A DNA stretch of 42,884 nt from Alphaproteobacteria bacterium (GCA_044337895.1 JBIIMR010000001.1:1-42884); one strand, 5' to 3'. Positions 10,041 to 19,810 are shown, counted from the first letter of the stretch. A program made the numbers and translations. The notes: generated by a model not told the origin, from the sequence alone.

Positions 10041-12020
10041 ATGACATCCCATCAATCATACAAAAATATATCAAACAGTATAAGAATCTTATCCGCTCTT
10101 GCTATAGAAAAAGCAAATTCAGGTCATCCAGGACTTCCACTTGGTTTTGCAGATATTGCAACCATATTATTTAAAGATTTTTTATCTTTCAATCCAAATG
10201 ATCCAAAATGGATAAACAGAGATAGATTTATTTTATCCGCAGGTCACGGTTCAATGTTACTATATTCATTGCTATACCTATTCGGCTACAAAAATATTAC
10301 CTTAGATCAAATTAAATCTTTTAGACAAATAGATTCTATTACAAGTGGACATCCAGAAATTTTACACGAATCAGGAATAGAAACAACAACAGGTCCATTA
10401 GGTCAAGGCATAGCAAATGCAGTTGGTATAGCAATAAGTGAAAAAAAACTCAATCAAGAAACTAACGGACTAATAGATCATTACACCTATTGTATGGTAG
10501 GGGATGGTTGTTTAATGGAAGGAATTAGCTACGAAGCACTTTCTTTAGCAGGGCATCTTCGTTTAAACAAATTAATCTTATTATGGGATAATAATTCAAT
10601 AACTATAGACGGTTCAACAGATTTATCAATCTCAGAAGATAAAATTTTAAGATTTAACTCCATAGGTTTTAATGTATTAGAAGTAGACGGACACAACAAC
10701 GAAGAAATTTCAATCGCTTTACATAAAGCTAAAAATTCAGATAAACCAGTTTTAATTAGCTTTAAAACCCAAATAGGATACGGTTCTCCCACTAAACAAA
10801 ATACAGAAAAAGCACACGGATCTCCACTTGGTAAAGATGAAATAGCAGGATTAAAAATAAATTTAAATTGGACCCATAACGATTTTGAAATTCCAGATAG
10901 TGTTTACATAGATATAAGAGAATCAGTTTTAAATAAAATATCTCATTATGATGAATGGTATAAAAAATATAATTCCCACATAGAAGAAAAAAATTATCTT
11001 ATAAATTTATTCAACAGAAATAAAGAAGAACAATCATTTGACTATAATCTTAAAAATTATCTTAAACAAACACTCTCAAATAAATCTCCAAAATCAACCA
11101 GAGTTTCATCCCAAGATTTTTTAGAAATTCTTATGAAAGATGCTAAATTTATTTTAGGAGGATCAGCAGATTTAGGAAAATCAGTTAATACTTTTACCTC
11201 CCATTCTAAAAATCTCATTGCCAACGATTTTAGTGGTAATTATATTAAATATGGAATCAGAGAACATGCAATGGCAGGAATTATGAATGGAATCGCCCTT
11301 TATGGTGCATTTATTCCCTATGGTGGAACATTCCTAGTTTTTTCAGATTATTTAAAGCCAGCATTAAGATTATCCGCTTTTATGGAACAGCAGATTATTT
11401 ATATTTTTACCCATGATTCTATTGCAGTAGGAGAAGACGGACCAACCCACCAACCAGTAGAACACTTAAGTAATCTATGCTCTATACCTAATTTAAATGT
11501 AATAAGACCATGTGATAGCATAGAAGTAACAGAGGCATATCAATATGCTCTATCAATCAAAAAATCTCCAACATGTTTAATTTTATCTCGCCAAAATTTA
11601 CCTTTAATTAGGCAAGATTACAGAGATGATATAAATAAAGTTTCCTTAGGAGGTTACATAATTCAATTATCCGATGAAGCAAGTTATAATTTAATTGCAA
11701 GCGGTTCAGAAGTATCCCTAGCTTTAGAGGTAGCAAACATCTTGGCAACTAAAAATATTTTTATTAATATAATTTCCATGCCCTCAGTTAAATTATTTTC
11801 TCAACAAACAGAAGATTATAAAACTCAAGTTTTAGGAAATTTACAAAATATAGTGATAGAGGCAAGTTTAGCAGATTATTATAAAATTTATGTCAACAAC
11901 ATTATCCATATTTTTGGTGTAAACAATTATGGAAAATCAGCTAAGGCAGAGGATGTTTACAATTATTTTAATCTCAATAAATTATATATTGCAAATAAAA
12001 TTGAAAGCTTATCAAGGTAA
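10041..12020 (+). CDS. tkt: transketolase
   Basis: Motifs SGHPGLPLG, GHGSMLLYSLLYL, GPLGQGIANAVG and GDGCLMEG, plus EDGPTHQPVEHL. Start moved from TTG 10032 to ATG 10041 because AGGAG lies at 10027-10031. Confidence 0.95.
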   Translation: MTSHQSYKNISNSIRILSALAIEKANSGHPGLPLGFADIATILFKDFLSFNPNDPKWINRDRFILSAGHGSMLLYSLLYLFGYKNITLDQIKSFRQIDSITSGHPEILHESGIETTTGPLGQGIANAVGIAISEKKLNQETNGLIDHYTYCMVGDGCLMEGISYEALSLAGHLRLNKLILLWDNNSITIDGSTDLSISEDKILRFNSIGFNVLEVDGHNNEEISIALHKAKNSDKPVLISFKTQIGYGSPTKQNTEKAHGSPLGKDEIAGLKINLNWTHNDFEIPDSVYIDIRESVLNKISHYDEWYKKYNSHIEEKNYLINLFNRNKEEQSFDYNLKNYLKQTLSNKSPKSTRVSSQDFLEILMKDAKFILGGSADLGKSVNTFTSHSKNLIANDFSGNYIKYGIREHAMAGIMNGIALYGAFIPYGGTFLVFSDYLKPALRLSAFMEQQIIYIFTHDSIAVGEDGPTHQPVEHLSNLCSIPNLNVIRPCDSIEVTEAYQYALSIKKSPTCLILSRQNLPLIRQDYRDDINKVSLGGYIIQLSDEASYNLIASGSEVSLALEVANILATKNIFINIISMPSVKLFSQQTEDYKTQVLGNLQNIVIEASLADYYKIYVNNIIHIFGVNNYGKSAKAEDVYNYFNLNKLYIANKIESLSR

Positions 12021-12026
12021 AACAAA

Positions 12027-12680
12027 ATGATAAAAGTAGCACCTTCTATTTTATCCGCAGATTTTGGATTTTTAAAAGATGAAATCACAAAGTTAAATGA
12101 AACGACTTGCGATTTTATACATGTAGATGTAATGGATGGCAACTTTGTTCCAAATATCACTTTTTGCAATAACATGATATCTACTTTAAAAAAATATACA
12201 AACAAATCATTAGATGTCCATTTAATGATTAGTAATCCAAGTTCTAAAATAGATTCTATCATAGAAAGCGGTGCAGATTTAATAACTTTTCATATTGAGG
12301 CAGAAAATCATGCCCACAAATTATTGCAATATATCAAAAAACATAACATAAAAGCAGGGATAGCACTTAACCCTTCAACCACAGAAGATTCTATTAAATA
12401 TTGTTTAGAGTTAGCGGATTTAGTATTAGTAATGACAGTAAATCCAGGGGCAGGGGGTCAAAATTTTATCCATAACCAATTAAAAAAAATAGAAAATATC
12501 AGTAATATAAAAGAATCTCTCAATTTAAATTTTGATATTTCCGTAGACGGAGGAATAAATTTAGAAACAGGATTAAGTTGTATTAATAAAGGAGCAAGCA
12601 TTTTAGTAGCAGGTAATTATATATTCCAAAACAATAACTATAACAATCAAATTAATAAATTAAAAGAGATATCTAAATGA
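12027..12680 (+). CDS. rpe: ribulose-phosphate 3-epimerase
   Basis: PSILSADF, HVDVMDGNFVPN, MTVNPGAGGQ and VDGGIN motifs. AAGG lies 8 nt upstream. Confidence 0.95.
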   Translation: MIKVAPSILSADFGFLKDEITKLNETTCDFIHVDVMDGNFVPNITFCNNMISTLKKYTNKSLDVHLMISNPSSKIDSIIESGADLITFHIEAENHAHKLLQYIKKHNIKAGIALNPSTTEDSIKYCLELADLVLVMTVNPGAGGQNFIHNQLKKIENISNIKESLNLNFDISVDGGINLETGLSCINKGASILVAGNYIFQNNNYNNQINKLKEISK

Positions 12681-13300
12681 TAAAAGATAAATTAATCAAT
12701 AAATTAAAAAGTTACTTAGTTGCAGGGCTTTTAATTACAGGTCCAATGATATTAACCTTATATATCATAAGTTGGATTATTAATATTTTTGATAAAACTT
12801 TATTAGAGCTATCAGATTTTTTAGAAATAGATACAAGCGGACTTCCAATAGGTAGCGGTCTTTTTTTTGCAATTTGTAGTTTAATCTTAATAGGATTTGT
12901 GTTTACTAATGTTTTAGGTAGTTTATTTATTAATCTTAATCATTATATAATGATGAAATTACCAATTGTTAAAATTATATACAACACAATTAAACAGATA
13001 TTTGATACACTTTTAAAAAAAGATGATAATAATCCAAGGCAAGTTGTATTAATTGAATATCCAAGAAAAGGGATTTTCACAATAGGGTTCTTAACCTCAG
13101 ATTTAAAAGGAGAGATTCAAAATAAAATACAAGAAGACTCCGTTTGTGTTTTTGTTCCAACAAGCCCAAATCCAACATCAGGTTATATAGTTTTTATTCC
13201 AAAGCAAGAGCTTATATATCTCAACTTAACAGCAGAAAAAGCAATGAAGTTAATAATCAGTGGCGGACTCCTCCCAGAAGATGAAAGTAAAGATAAATAA
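12677..13300 (+). CDS. DUF502-family membrane protein
   Basis: Two N-terminal TM helices followed by YPRKGIFTIGFLT...VFVPTSPNPTSGYIVFIP, which is typical of DUF502. There is an ATGA overlap with the rpe stop. Confidence 0.7.
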   Translation: MIKDKLINKLKSYLVAGLLITGPMILTLYIISWIINIFDKTLLELSDFLEIDTSGLPIGSGLFFAICSLILIGFVFTNVLGSLFINLNHYIMMKLPIVKIIYNTIKQIFDTLLKKDDNNPRQVVLIEYPRKGIFTIGFLTSDLKGEIQNKIQEDSVCVFVPTSPNPTSGYIVFIPKQELIYLNLTAEKAMKLIISGGLLPEDESKDK

Positions 13301-13332
13301 TTATTTAAACACATAACAATAAGAGTATCAAA

Positions 13333-14247
13333 ATGCGAAGAGAAAGATTAAAAAATATACAATCAACAATTTTAAAAAAACCAGATTACATAAGGGTTAA
13401 ATCTGCAAATTCTAAAGAGTATTTAGAAACCTATGAGATTGTAAAAAAACATAATTTACATACAGTATGTCAAGAAGCAGCTTGCCCAAATATAGGAGAG
13501 TGTTGGAAAAAACAACATGCAACCGTAATGATTTTAGGGGATATTTGCACAAGAAGTTGTAGATTCTGTAATGTTAAAACAGGTAAACCAAATATTTTAG
13601 ACGAAAATGAACCAGAAAATGTTGGCAAAATGGCAAATTTAATGAATCTAAAACATATAGTAATAACTTCAGTCGACAGAGATGATCTAATAGATGGAGG
13701 AGCCAGCCACTTCCATAAAACAATTACAAAGGTTAAAGAATACAGTAGCAACACTACAATAGAAGTGTTAACTCCAGATTTTAGAGATAAAGAAAATGCA
13801 CTAGAAACTGTATTATCCGCAAATCCAGATGTTTTTAATCATAATTTAGAAACAGCACCAAGACTATACAGAGAGATTCGTCCAAAAGCAAGATACTTCA
13901 ACAGCTTAAATTTATTGTGGCAAGCTAAAAATATTAAAAAAAATATTTTTACTAAATCAGGAATAATGGTTGGATTAGGTGAAACAAAAGAAGAGGTATT
14001 ACAAATTATGGATGATTTAATTAGTGCTAAAGTTGATTTTATGACAATAGGGCAATACCTACAACCAACCCCATTCCATGCTAAAGTAGATAGATTTGTT
14101 AGTTTAGAGGAGTTTGATTTTTACAAACAAGAAGGATTAAAAAAAGGATTTTTATTGGTATCTTCCAGTCCTTTAACAAGATCTTCCTACCATGCAGACG
14201 AAGATTTCAAATCTTTAGTAGCAAAAAGAAATCAATCAAATAATTAA
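13333..14247 (+). CDS. lipA: lipoyl synthase
   Basis: Auxiliary cluster motif [12 protein letters not shown] and radical-SAM motif [10 protein letters not shown]. The C-terminal SSYHA motif is present. Confidence 0.95.
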   Translation: MRRERLKNIQSTILKKPDYIRVKSANSKEYLETYEIVKKHNLHTVCQEAACPNIGECWKKQHATVMILGDICTRSCRFCNVKTGKPNILDENEPENVGKMANLMNLKHIVITSVDRDDLIDGGASHFHKTITKVKEYSSNTTIEVLTPDFRDKENALETVLSANPDVFNHNLETAPRLYREIRPKARYFNSLNLLWQAKNIKKNIFTKSGIMVGLGETKEEVLQIMDDLISAKVDFMTIGQYLQPTPFHAKVDRFVSLEEFDFYKQEGLKKGFLLVSSSPLTRSSYHADEDFKSLVAKRNQSNN

Positions 14248-14265
14248 TTTAAAAGAATCCATATA

Positions 14266-14736
14266 ATGATTTTTACCCACAACCAAACTAAAATAATTAA
14301 TTTTTCAATAGATAAAATTTATAATATTATAGCAGATGTTCCATCTTATAAAGAATTTATAAAATGGATAAAAGATATTAATGAGCTACCTATAACAAAT
14401 ACTGATTCGTTAAACAATTCAAACAGTTTAACTATAAAAAATTATAAAATAACAGTAGGCTTTGGATTTTTAGAAGAAAGCTTTATCACTAAGGATATTT
14501 TTATTAAAAATCAATCAATAAAAATAGAATTGATAGAGGGAGCTTTTAAAACTTTAAATAGTGTATGGAATTTCAAGGAGATAGAAAAAAATAAAACAGA
14601 AGTTAGTTTTTTAATGGATTTTTCTTTTAAATCTATTTTTATAGAAAAAATGTTTTCACAATTTTTTTTATTAGCAAACGAAAAAATAACAGATGCTTTT
14701 ATAAAAAGAGCAGAAGATTTATACGGTAAAAAATAA
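14266..14736 (+). CDS. SRPBCC-fold protein, COQ10/RatA-like (putative quinone-binding)
   Basis: 156 aa with a VPSYKEFIKWIKD motif near the N-terminus. Size and position directly after lipA match what is common in alphaproteobacteria. Confidence 0.65.
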   Translation: MIFTHNQTKIINFSIDKIYNIIADVPSYKEFIKWIKDINELPITNTDSLNNSNSLTIKNYKITVGFGFLEESFITKDIFIKNQSIKIELIEGAFKTLNSVWNFKEIEKNKTEVSFLMDFSFKSIFIEKMFSQFFLLANEKITDAFIKRAEDLYGKK

Positions 14737-14748
14737 TTTAATAAAAAA

Positions 14749-14790
14749 AATATGAATATTACAACAAAAATTTATAATATTCATATTTTA
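14749..14790. terminator. weak AT-only hairpin between convergent genes (possible terminator)
   Basis: Perfect 12-bp inverted repeat AATATGAATATT (14749-14760) / AATATTCATATT (14776-14787) with a 15-nt loop, followed by TTT. The stem has a single G:C pair, so stability is low. Confidence 0.25.
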
Positions 14791-14887
14791 GAGGGTAAAG
14801 AGCTTTTAACTCATATTTCAAAGTAAAACTTTCAAATACTAATAATATAATATAATATTTTTAATTTTACTTCAATCAAATAAACCT

Positions 14888-15781
14888 TTAAGGTAAAAAT
14901 TTACCCGCAGCAGATAGTAATGCATAAAAATCAGCATTGGTTAAATTTATTTTTAAAGATTCTATATAACTATCAAATCTTTCTGCTTTTAATGTGCCAA
15001 CCACAGCAATCCCATTAGCAGGATGCTTAAATAAAGCAGCTAATACAATAGTTGCCACATTTTCAACTTGATATTTATTTTTTAGTTGATTAAGAGTATC
15101 CATAATTTTTTCATCTTGAAAAATTTTACCATTGCCAAAAGGAGACCAAAACATAGGAGATATTCCCATTTCCAAACAAAGATCTAAAACACCATCATCA
15201 AGTGCCGAGAAATTTTTTAAAGAAAATTCTATCTGATTCGTTTGAATAGGTTCTTCAATTCGTTGTTGTAACATTTTCATTTTACTATAAGAGAAATTAG
15301 ACACACCAAAACTTTTAATTTTACCTTCTTTTTTGAGTTGGGAAATAGCTTTATTTACATCATAAGGATTAAGTAAGTAATCAATTCTATGTAAAAGAAA
15401 CAAATCCACATAGTCTACTTTTAATTTTTCTAAAGAACGATTTACAGAATATCTAATATAATCAAAGGAAGAATCATAGCACATACTTTTTATATTAGAA
15501 AAATCAGGGTGATTCTTAACAATATTACATTTAGTAACTATTTGAAATTTATCTCTTTCTATTTTTAAATTTTTTATAGAATCACCGATTAATTCTTCAG
15601 TTTTGTAATTACCATATATATCTGCAGTATCAATAGTTGTAATTCCTGATAGAATCGCTTTTTCTATTAAATTAGCCATAAATCTAGGATTGTAAGATTC
15701 TTGACTAATTTTCCATGTTCCAAGGCATATTTTACTTAGCTCTACACCATTTTTTGTGAGTTTTTGTTTCATATTAATCAT
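14888..15781 (-). CDS. aldo/keto reductase, YdhF-like oxidoreductase
   Basis: Collinear by memory with E. coli YdhF (TIDTADIYGNY, QIVTKC, DLFLLHRIDYL, IKSFGVSNFS, QIEFSL). AAGGGA lies 8 nt upstream. Confidence 0.85.
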   Translation of the reverse strand: MINMKQKLTKNGVELSKICLGTWKISQESYNPRFMANLIEKAILSGITTIDTADIYGNYKTEELIGDSIKNLKIERDKFQIVTKCNIVKNHPDFSNIKSMCYDSSFDYIRYSVNRSLEKLKVDYVDLFLLHRIDYLLNPYDVNKAISQLKKEGKIKSFGVSNFSYSKMKMLQQRIEEPIQTNQIEFSLKNFSALDDGVLDLCLEMGISPMFWSPFGNGKIFQDEKIMDTLNQLKNKYQVENVATIVLAALFKHPANGIAVVGTLKAERFDSYIESLKINLTNADFYALLSAAGKFLP

Positions 15782-16018
15782 TTGATTCGTCCCTTTTATT
15801 TATTAATATTCTTTTGCAAAAATTATATTTTATTATATATATTATTATAATAAAGTATATCAAAGTATTTTACTAAATCAACTTAAAATCCTTAAAAATC
15901 CAGACAAATCCAATATTTTATATTACTAAATATTGCATAAAATACAACACAATTTGCAAATAAATATATAAACATATTGCAAATTATCATAAAAAAATAC
16001 AATTATGTAAAAAAGTTG

Positions 16019-16052
16019 TTGACAAAAATATTTTTATGCATTAAATTATAAT
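16019..16052 (+). promoter_or_regulatory. candidate promoter of the orphan sRNA unit
   Basis: TTGACA (16019-16024), a 17-nt spacer, then TAAATT (16042-16047). Overlapping TATAAT at 16047-16052 would need a 22-nt spacer. Confidence 0.4.
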
Positions 16053-16176
16053 CTGTAGTTTGATAACATCAGTTATTGGATTACAGGCAATTCACTCTAT
16101 AACTGGGTGAGAAGATATTTTCAGTCTTTGTATCGCAATGTTACATTCGGAAAGATTCTTCTCACCTGTTTTTTTA
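16053..16176 (+). ncRNA. candidate small non-coding RNA (unknown family), about 125 nt
   Basis: Consensus -35 just upstream. A 15-bp 5' hairpin (16053-16067 / 16072-16086, loop ATCA) includes 4 G:U pairs that work only on the + strand. A long 3' helix, GGTGAGAAGA (16106-16115) / TCTTCTCACC (16157-16166), is followed by TG and T7 (16169-16175). There is no ORF and no downstream + strand gene. Confidence 0.45.
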
Positions 16177-16198
16177 TCTAAAAATTATCCACAAAAAA

Positions 16199-16756
16199 TT
16201 ATATAAATATCAAAGCAATAATAGCAATCAACCCAACCATTATCCCAGCAACAATATCATCTATGATAATAGCAAGATTCCCAACAACTTTTTTATAGGT
16301 TAATGCAATTATCCAAAATTTATTTTTAGTAAATATATGGTATAAGAAAACAGAAGAAAAAATATATGCAATTAATAAAATACCAGTTTCATTACTCACA
16401 ACAATCATTGGAATTAACACTCCAATCGCTTTATCAAGAATCACATACTCAGGTATTTGATTGTTTACATAATCAATATCATGTATAAAATATATACCAA
16501 TAATAATCAAGATGTTCAAAATAATAAAAGTTACTTTAATAGGAAAAGACATAACAATAATAAGCATCATTATATATAAAAGAATATCCCTATTAAAGTA
16601 GAATCTATTGTAGTTAAAAAATCCTATTCCAAAAACAGATAACAATAAATATTTGGGAGTTTTTAAAAACCCATCTGGCAAAGAAAAATATTCATCAAAA
16701 AAATTCCGCAAACTTGATATAAAAGTAACTATTTTTCTAAAAAAAAACATTTTCAA
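16199..16756 (-). CDS. pgpA: phosphatidylglycerophosphatase A family protein
   Basis: Polytopic 185-aa protein. The C-terminal GNLAIIIDDIVAGIMVG matches the GGMGIMIDDIVAGV motif of E. coli PgpA, and an N-terminal FGIGF segment corresponds to GFGSG. AGGAAG lies 7 nt upstream. Confidence 0.7.
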   Translation of the reverse strand: MKMFFFRKIVTFISSLRNFFDEYFSLPDGFLKTPKYLLLSVFGIGFFNYNRFYFNRDILLYIMMLIIVMSFPIKVTFIILNILIIIGIYFIHDIDYVNNQIPEYVILDKAIGVLIPMIVVSNETGILLIAYIFSSVFLYHIFTKNKFWIIALTYKKVVGNLAIIIDDIVAGIMVGLIAIIALIFI

Positions 16757-16840
16757 TCTTCCTATTAAACATAATAAAGTATATAATCAATACATATATA
16801 ATTTCAACTTATAAATTTCTAAATTATCAAGGTGTATAAA

Positions 16841-17722
16841 ATGTTGCTTAAAGATTCCGTTGTTGCTCTGGTTACCCCATTTAAAGAAGACTATACTATA
16901 GATATAGATTCCTTTAAAAGTATAATAGATTTTCAATTACACAATAACACATCAGGCATTATTGTAGGTGGAACCACAGGAGAATCATCAACTTTATTAA
17001 AAAATGAAAAGCTAGAACTTCTTAAAATAGCAAAAGATATGTGCCATTCTAAAATACCTGTATTTTTAGCTATTGGATACTCAAACACATTAGAAACAAT
17101 TTTGTTAGCAAAAGAAGCAAAAGAGCAAGGAGTAGATGGATTATTAATTGTTACCCCTTCTTATAACAAACCATCACAAGAAGGCTTATATTTGCATTAT
17201 TCATTAATATCACATGAAGTGAGTCTTCCTATTTATATGTATAACATAGAATCAAGAACAGGTGTTAATTTAGAATTAGAAACAATATATCGTTTAGTAG
17301 AAAAAAACCCAAACATTATTGGTATAAAAGATTGTTCTACAGATTTTTTAAGAATCTTAAAGATGAAAAAACATTTAGGTAAAAATTTTTCAGTTTTAAC
17401 AGGAGACGATTCTAATATTTTATCGGCATTTGCCAACGGAGCAGATGGTTGTATTTCTGTTATAGCTAACATTATCCCTAAATCTTGTAACAGACTTCAT
17501 AAATTATGGAAAGAGGGTTATAATAAAGAATTAATTCAATTACATACAAAATTAATAGGATTAACAGAATCTTTATTCTTAGAAAGCAATCCCAGCCCTA
17601 TTAAGTATGCTATGGAAAAAATGGGATTAATTCATTATAATATAAGGCTTCCACTAACAAAAGTAAGAAAGTCAACCCAAGATAAAATAGAAGAAGAACT
17701 AAAAATTCTAGGATTAATTTAA
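16841..17722 (+). CDS. dapA: 4-hydroxy-tetrahydrodipicolinate synthase
   Basis: VALVTPF, GGTTGES, YNKPSQEG and the catalytic-Lys context IIGIKDCS. Start moved from GTG 16832 to ATG 16841 because AAGGTG lies at 16829-16834. Confidence 0.95.
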   Translation: MLLKDSVVALVTPFKEDYTIDIDSFKSIIDFQLHNNTSGIIVGGTTGESSTLLKNEKLELLKIAKDMCHSKIPVFLAIGYSNTLETILLAKEAKEQGVDGLLIVTPSYNKPSQEGLYLHYSLISHEVSLPIYMYNIESRTGVNLELETIYRLVEKNPNIIGIKDCSTDFLRILKMKKHLGKNFSVLTGDDSNILSAFANGADGCISVIANIIPKSCNRLHKLWKEGYNKELIQLHTKLIGLTESLFLESNPSPIKYAMEKMGLIHYNIRLPLTKVRKSTQDKIEEELKILGLI

Positions 17723-17730
17723 AGTCAATT

Positions 17731-18213
17731 ATGATAATATCCACAGATTCTAAAAAAAATATTATTTGTCAAAATAAAAAGGCAAGATATGAATACTCAA
17801 TAGAAGAAGTTTTTGAAGCAGGATTAGTTTTACAAGGAACAGAAGTTAAGGCTTTAAGAAGCAATAAAGCATCTATCCAAGAAGGTTATATTTCCCAAAC
17901 AGATAGCGGATTAGAAATAGTTAATGTAACTATTTCAACATACAAATACACAGCAATTACAAAATCACATAATGAGAGAAGGTCAAGAAAACTTCTTTTA
18001 CATAAAAAAGAAATCAATAAAATTACAGGATTAATTAGCAAAAAAGGATACACAGCAATCCCACTAAGCCTTTATTTTAACAGCAAAGGAATGGTTAAAC
18101 TAGAATTTGCACTAGCTAAAGGTAAAAAGCTCTACGACAAAAGAGCAGCACTAAAAGAAAAATCAGTATTACTAGAACAAAAAAAAGATCTAAAATATAG
18201 AATTAAAATTTAA
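17731..18213 (+). CDS. smpB: SsrA-binding protein
   Basis: 160 aa with NKKARYEYSIEE..EAGLVLQGTEVKALR and RSRKLLLHKKEI motifs. Confidence 0.95.
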   Translation: MIISTDSKKNIICQNKKARYEYSIEEVFEAGLVLQGTEVKALRSNKASIQEGYISQTDSGLEIVNVTISTYKYTAITKSHNERRSRKLLLHKKEINKITGLISKKGYTAIPLSLYFNSKGMVKLEFALAKGKKLYDKRAALKEKSVLLEQKKDLKYRIKI

Positions 18214-18304
18214 AGTAATACAAAAATAAGATACTAAAGGCAGTAATACATATTATAAATTATATATAAAATGATTTAATACTACCTTTACAAATATAAC
18301 AGTT

Positions 18305-18667
18305 TTATTTTTTAGCTTTTGCAGGTGCCTTACTTGCAGAAGAGTTTACTTTTTTGCCATCAGCTGCTTGAAAGCAAAAAGATTGAATATCTCCCCCTGC
18401 AGAAACAACCATAGAAGCAACATACCCAGATTTTTCAATAAATGTTACAATATAGTTTGTAGAAATATATTCATTATTATCTAAGTATACAAATCTAGTA
18501 GCATTATTTGTTATATCTTTTGCCATAATTTTATTTGTAAATACACTGCATTGATTTTCTGGTAAGTTAGCATCATCCGCAGGTATCTCTGCATTAGCAA
18601 TCCCAATCATAAAAAAAGAAACAACCAAGCTAGTTTTCAATAAGTTACCAAATTTCAAATTTATCAT
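18305..18667 (-). CDS. exported hypothetical protein (120 aa)
   Basis: Signal peptide with an ANA-E cleavage context (FFMIGIANAEIP), two Cys residues and a Lys/Ala-rich tail. GGAG lies 10 nt upstream. Confidence 0.55.
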   Translation of the reverse strand: MINLKFGNLLKTSLVVSFFMIGIANAEIPADDANLPENQCSVFTNKIMAKDITNNATRFVYLDNNEYISTNYIVTFIEKSGYVASMVVSAGGDIQSFCFQAADGKKVNSSASKAPAKAKK

Positions 18668-18811
18668 CTTTTATAAACTCCATAAATTTAATTACAATCA
18701 ATATCATTAATAAACTTTTTATTTTTATATAATTATATAAATCACTTATTAACAATTTAAAGAATAATATTTAATAATTAAATTAAAGTAAAGAATAAAA
18801 TTCAATTAACT

Positions 18812-19801
18812 CTATTTTGAGTTCATGATTTCATTGATAAATCCAAATTTAAAATTATCTAATTCATGATTATTTAACATTTTAATAAATTTTTTAACTC
18901 CCAATTCTTCATTTTTATTTCCATGTAACAAAATAATGTCACCAGATTTTAAAACTTCATTTTCATTTTTTTTAGCAACCCAAAAAGAAGATCCCACTGG
19001 TATAAGCTTCAAAGATTGCAATATTTCCATTATATCATTATTATAAACTAAACCAGGGAATCTAAAAAAGACAGAGGGTAAAATTCCCATATTTAATAAA
19101 AATAATTCATTTTTTAAAATATCTTCTTTTGCATTTTTAATATTATAAAGCATAAAGTTTTTTTGATTATCTTTTATATTTTTATCATAAAAATGTTCGT
19201 AAGAATGGTTAATAAATACAACATTTAATTCTTTATTTTTTATCCACTTCATAATTTCTTGAAATTCACTTTTATGATTCTTATAAAAAGAATATGATAT
19301 TGCAATTGCAATATTTGGTTCTATATTTCTTTTTTTTGCATACTTAATTATTTCTAAAAAAAGATTCTTATCAAACCCTGTTTTTGAAGATGGACACAAA
19401 TCTATTGTAATAAAAACATTATTTAAAATATTATCTTTTTCAATATTATCTTTTTCAATATTATAATTCACTTTTTTATATTGAAAAAATGAGAATAAAA
19501 CATTATTAAAAAAACTAATATTTTTAGCATTAATTAACACAGTTTTGTATTTATCATTAACTTTTACACCTAAAAAATATTTATTGCCATTTATTTTCAT
19601 TTTGCGAATAATCAATATATAATCATTTTTATATTTTACATTCCTAATATAAACTTTATATTGAGATATAACAGAATCGCTTTTGATGTATAAAGAATCT
19701 TCATAATTAGATTCTTTAAATATATAATTTACAAAGATAACTAACAAAAATAGGTGAACAACAACTATACCTATTAATTTAACTATTTTTTTTTGTAACA
19801 T
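18812..19801 (-). CDS. membrane-anchored polysaccharide deacetylase-like (NodB-fold) protein, non-canonical motif 1
   Basis: N-terminal TM helix. NodB-like motifs appear in order: TIDLCPS (in place of TFDDG), HSYEH, FRFPGLVYN and DIILLHGN. It starts 9 nt after the rquA-like stop. Confidence 0.5.
   Translation of the reverse strand: MLQKKIVKLIGIVVVHLFLLVIFVNYIFKESNYEDSLYIKSDSVISQYKVYIRNVKYKNDYILIIRKMKINGNKYFLGVKVNDKYKTVLINAKNISFFNNVLFSFFQYKKVNYNIEKDNIEKDNILNNVFITIDLCPSSKTGFDKNLFLEIIKYAKKRNIEPNIAIAISYSFYKNHKSEFQEIMKWIKNKELNVVFINHSYEHFYDKNIKDNQKNFMLYNIKNAKEDILKNELFLLNMGILPSVFFRFPGLVYNNDIMEILQSLKLIPVGSSFWVAKKNENEVLKSGDIILLHGNKNEELGVKKFIKMLNNHELDNFKFGFINEIMNSK
19428..19464. repeat. 15-bp tandem repeat (ATATTATCTTTTTCA, about 2.5 copies) inside the deacetylase-like gene, encoding EKDNI-EKDNI
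   Basis: Read directly: 19428-19442 is identical to 19443-19457, followed by a partial third copy. Confidence 0.9.
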
Positions 19802-19810
19802 TTTTTATAT

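Noticed and set aside
14752-14826. 24-codon mini-ORF (MNITTKIYNIHILEGKELLTHISK) in the gap after the SRPBCC gene
   Set aside because: It has no Shine-Dalgarno sequence and coincides with the AT-only inverted repeat. A chance open frame is plausible at this length.
16053-16176. Identity of the sRNA candidate as SRP (4.5S) RNA, tmRNA, RNase P RNA, 6S RNA or a riboswitch
   Set aside because: No SRP domain IV consensus (GGAA tetraloop with AGCA/GGUCC-type loops) is present. There is no tRNA-like GTTCGA T-arm or ACCA end for tmRNA, and no GAGGAAAGUCC for RNase P. It is too short for 6S, and there is no downstream same-strand gene for a riboswitch.
18236-18290. Imperfect inverted repeat (AAAGGCAGTAATA / TAATACTACCTTT) between smpB and the convergent exported-protein gene as a bidirectional terminator
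   Set aside because: Two mismatches in 13 bp, a loop of about 29 nt and no clear T-run. It is too weak to call.
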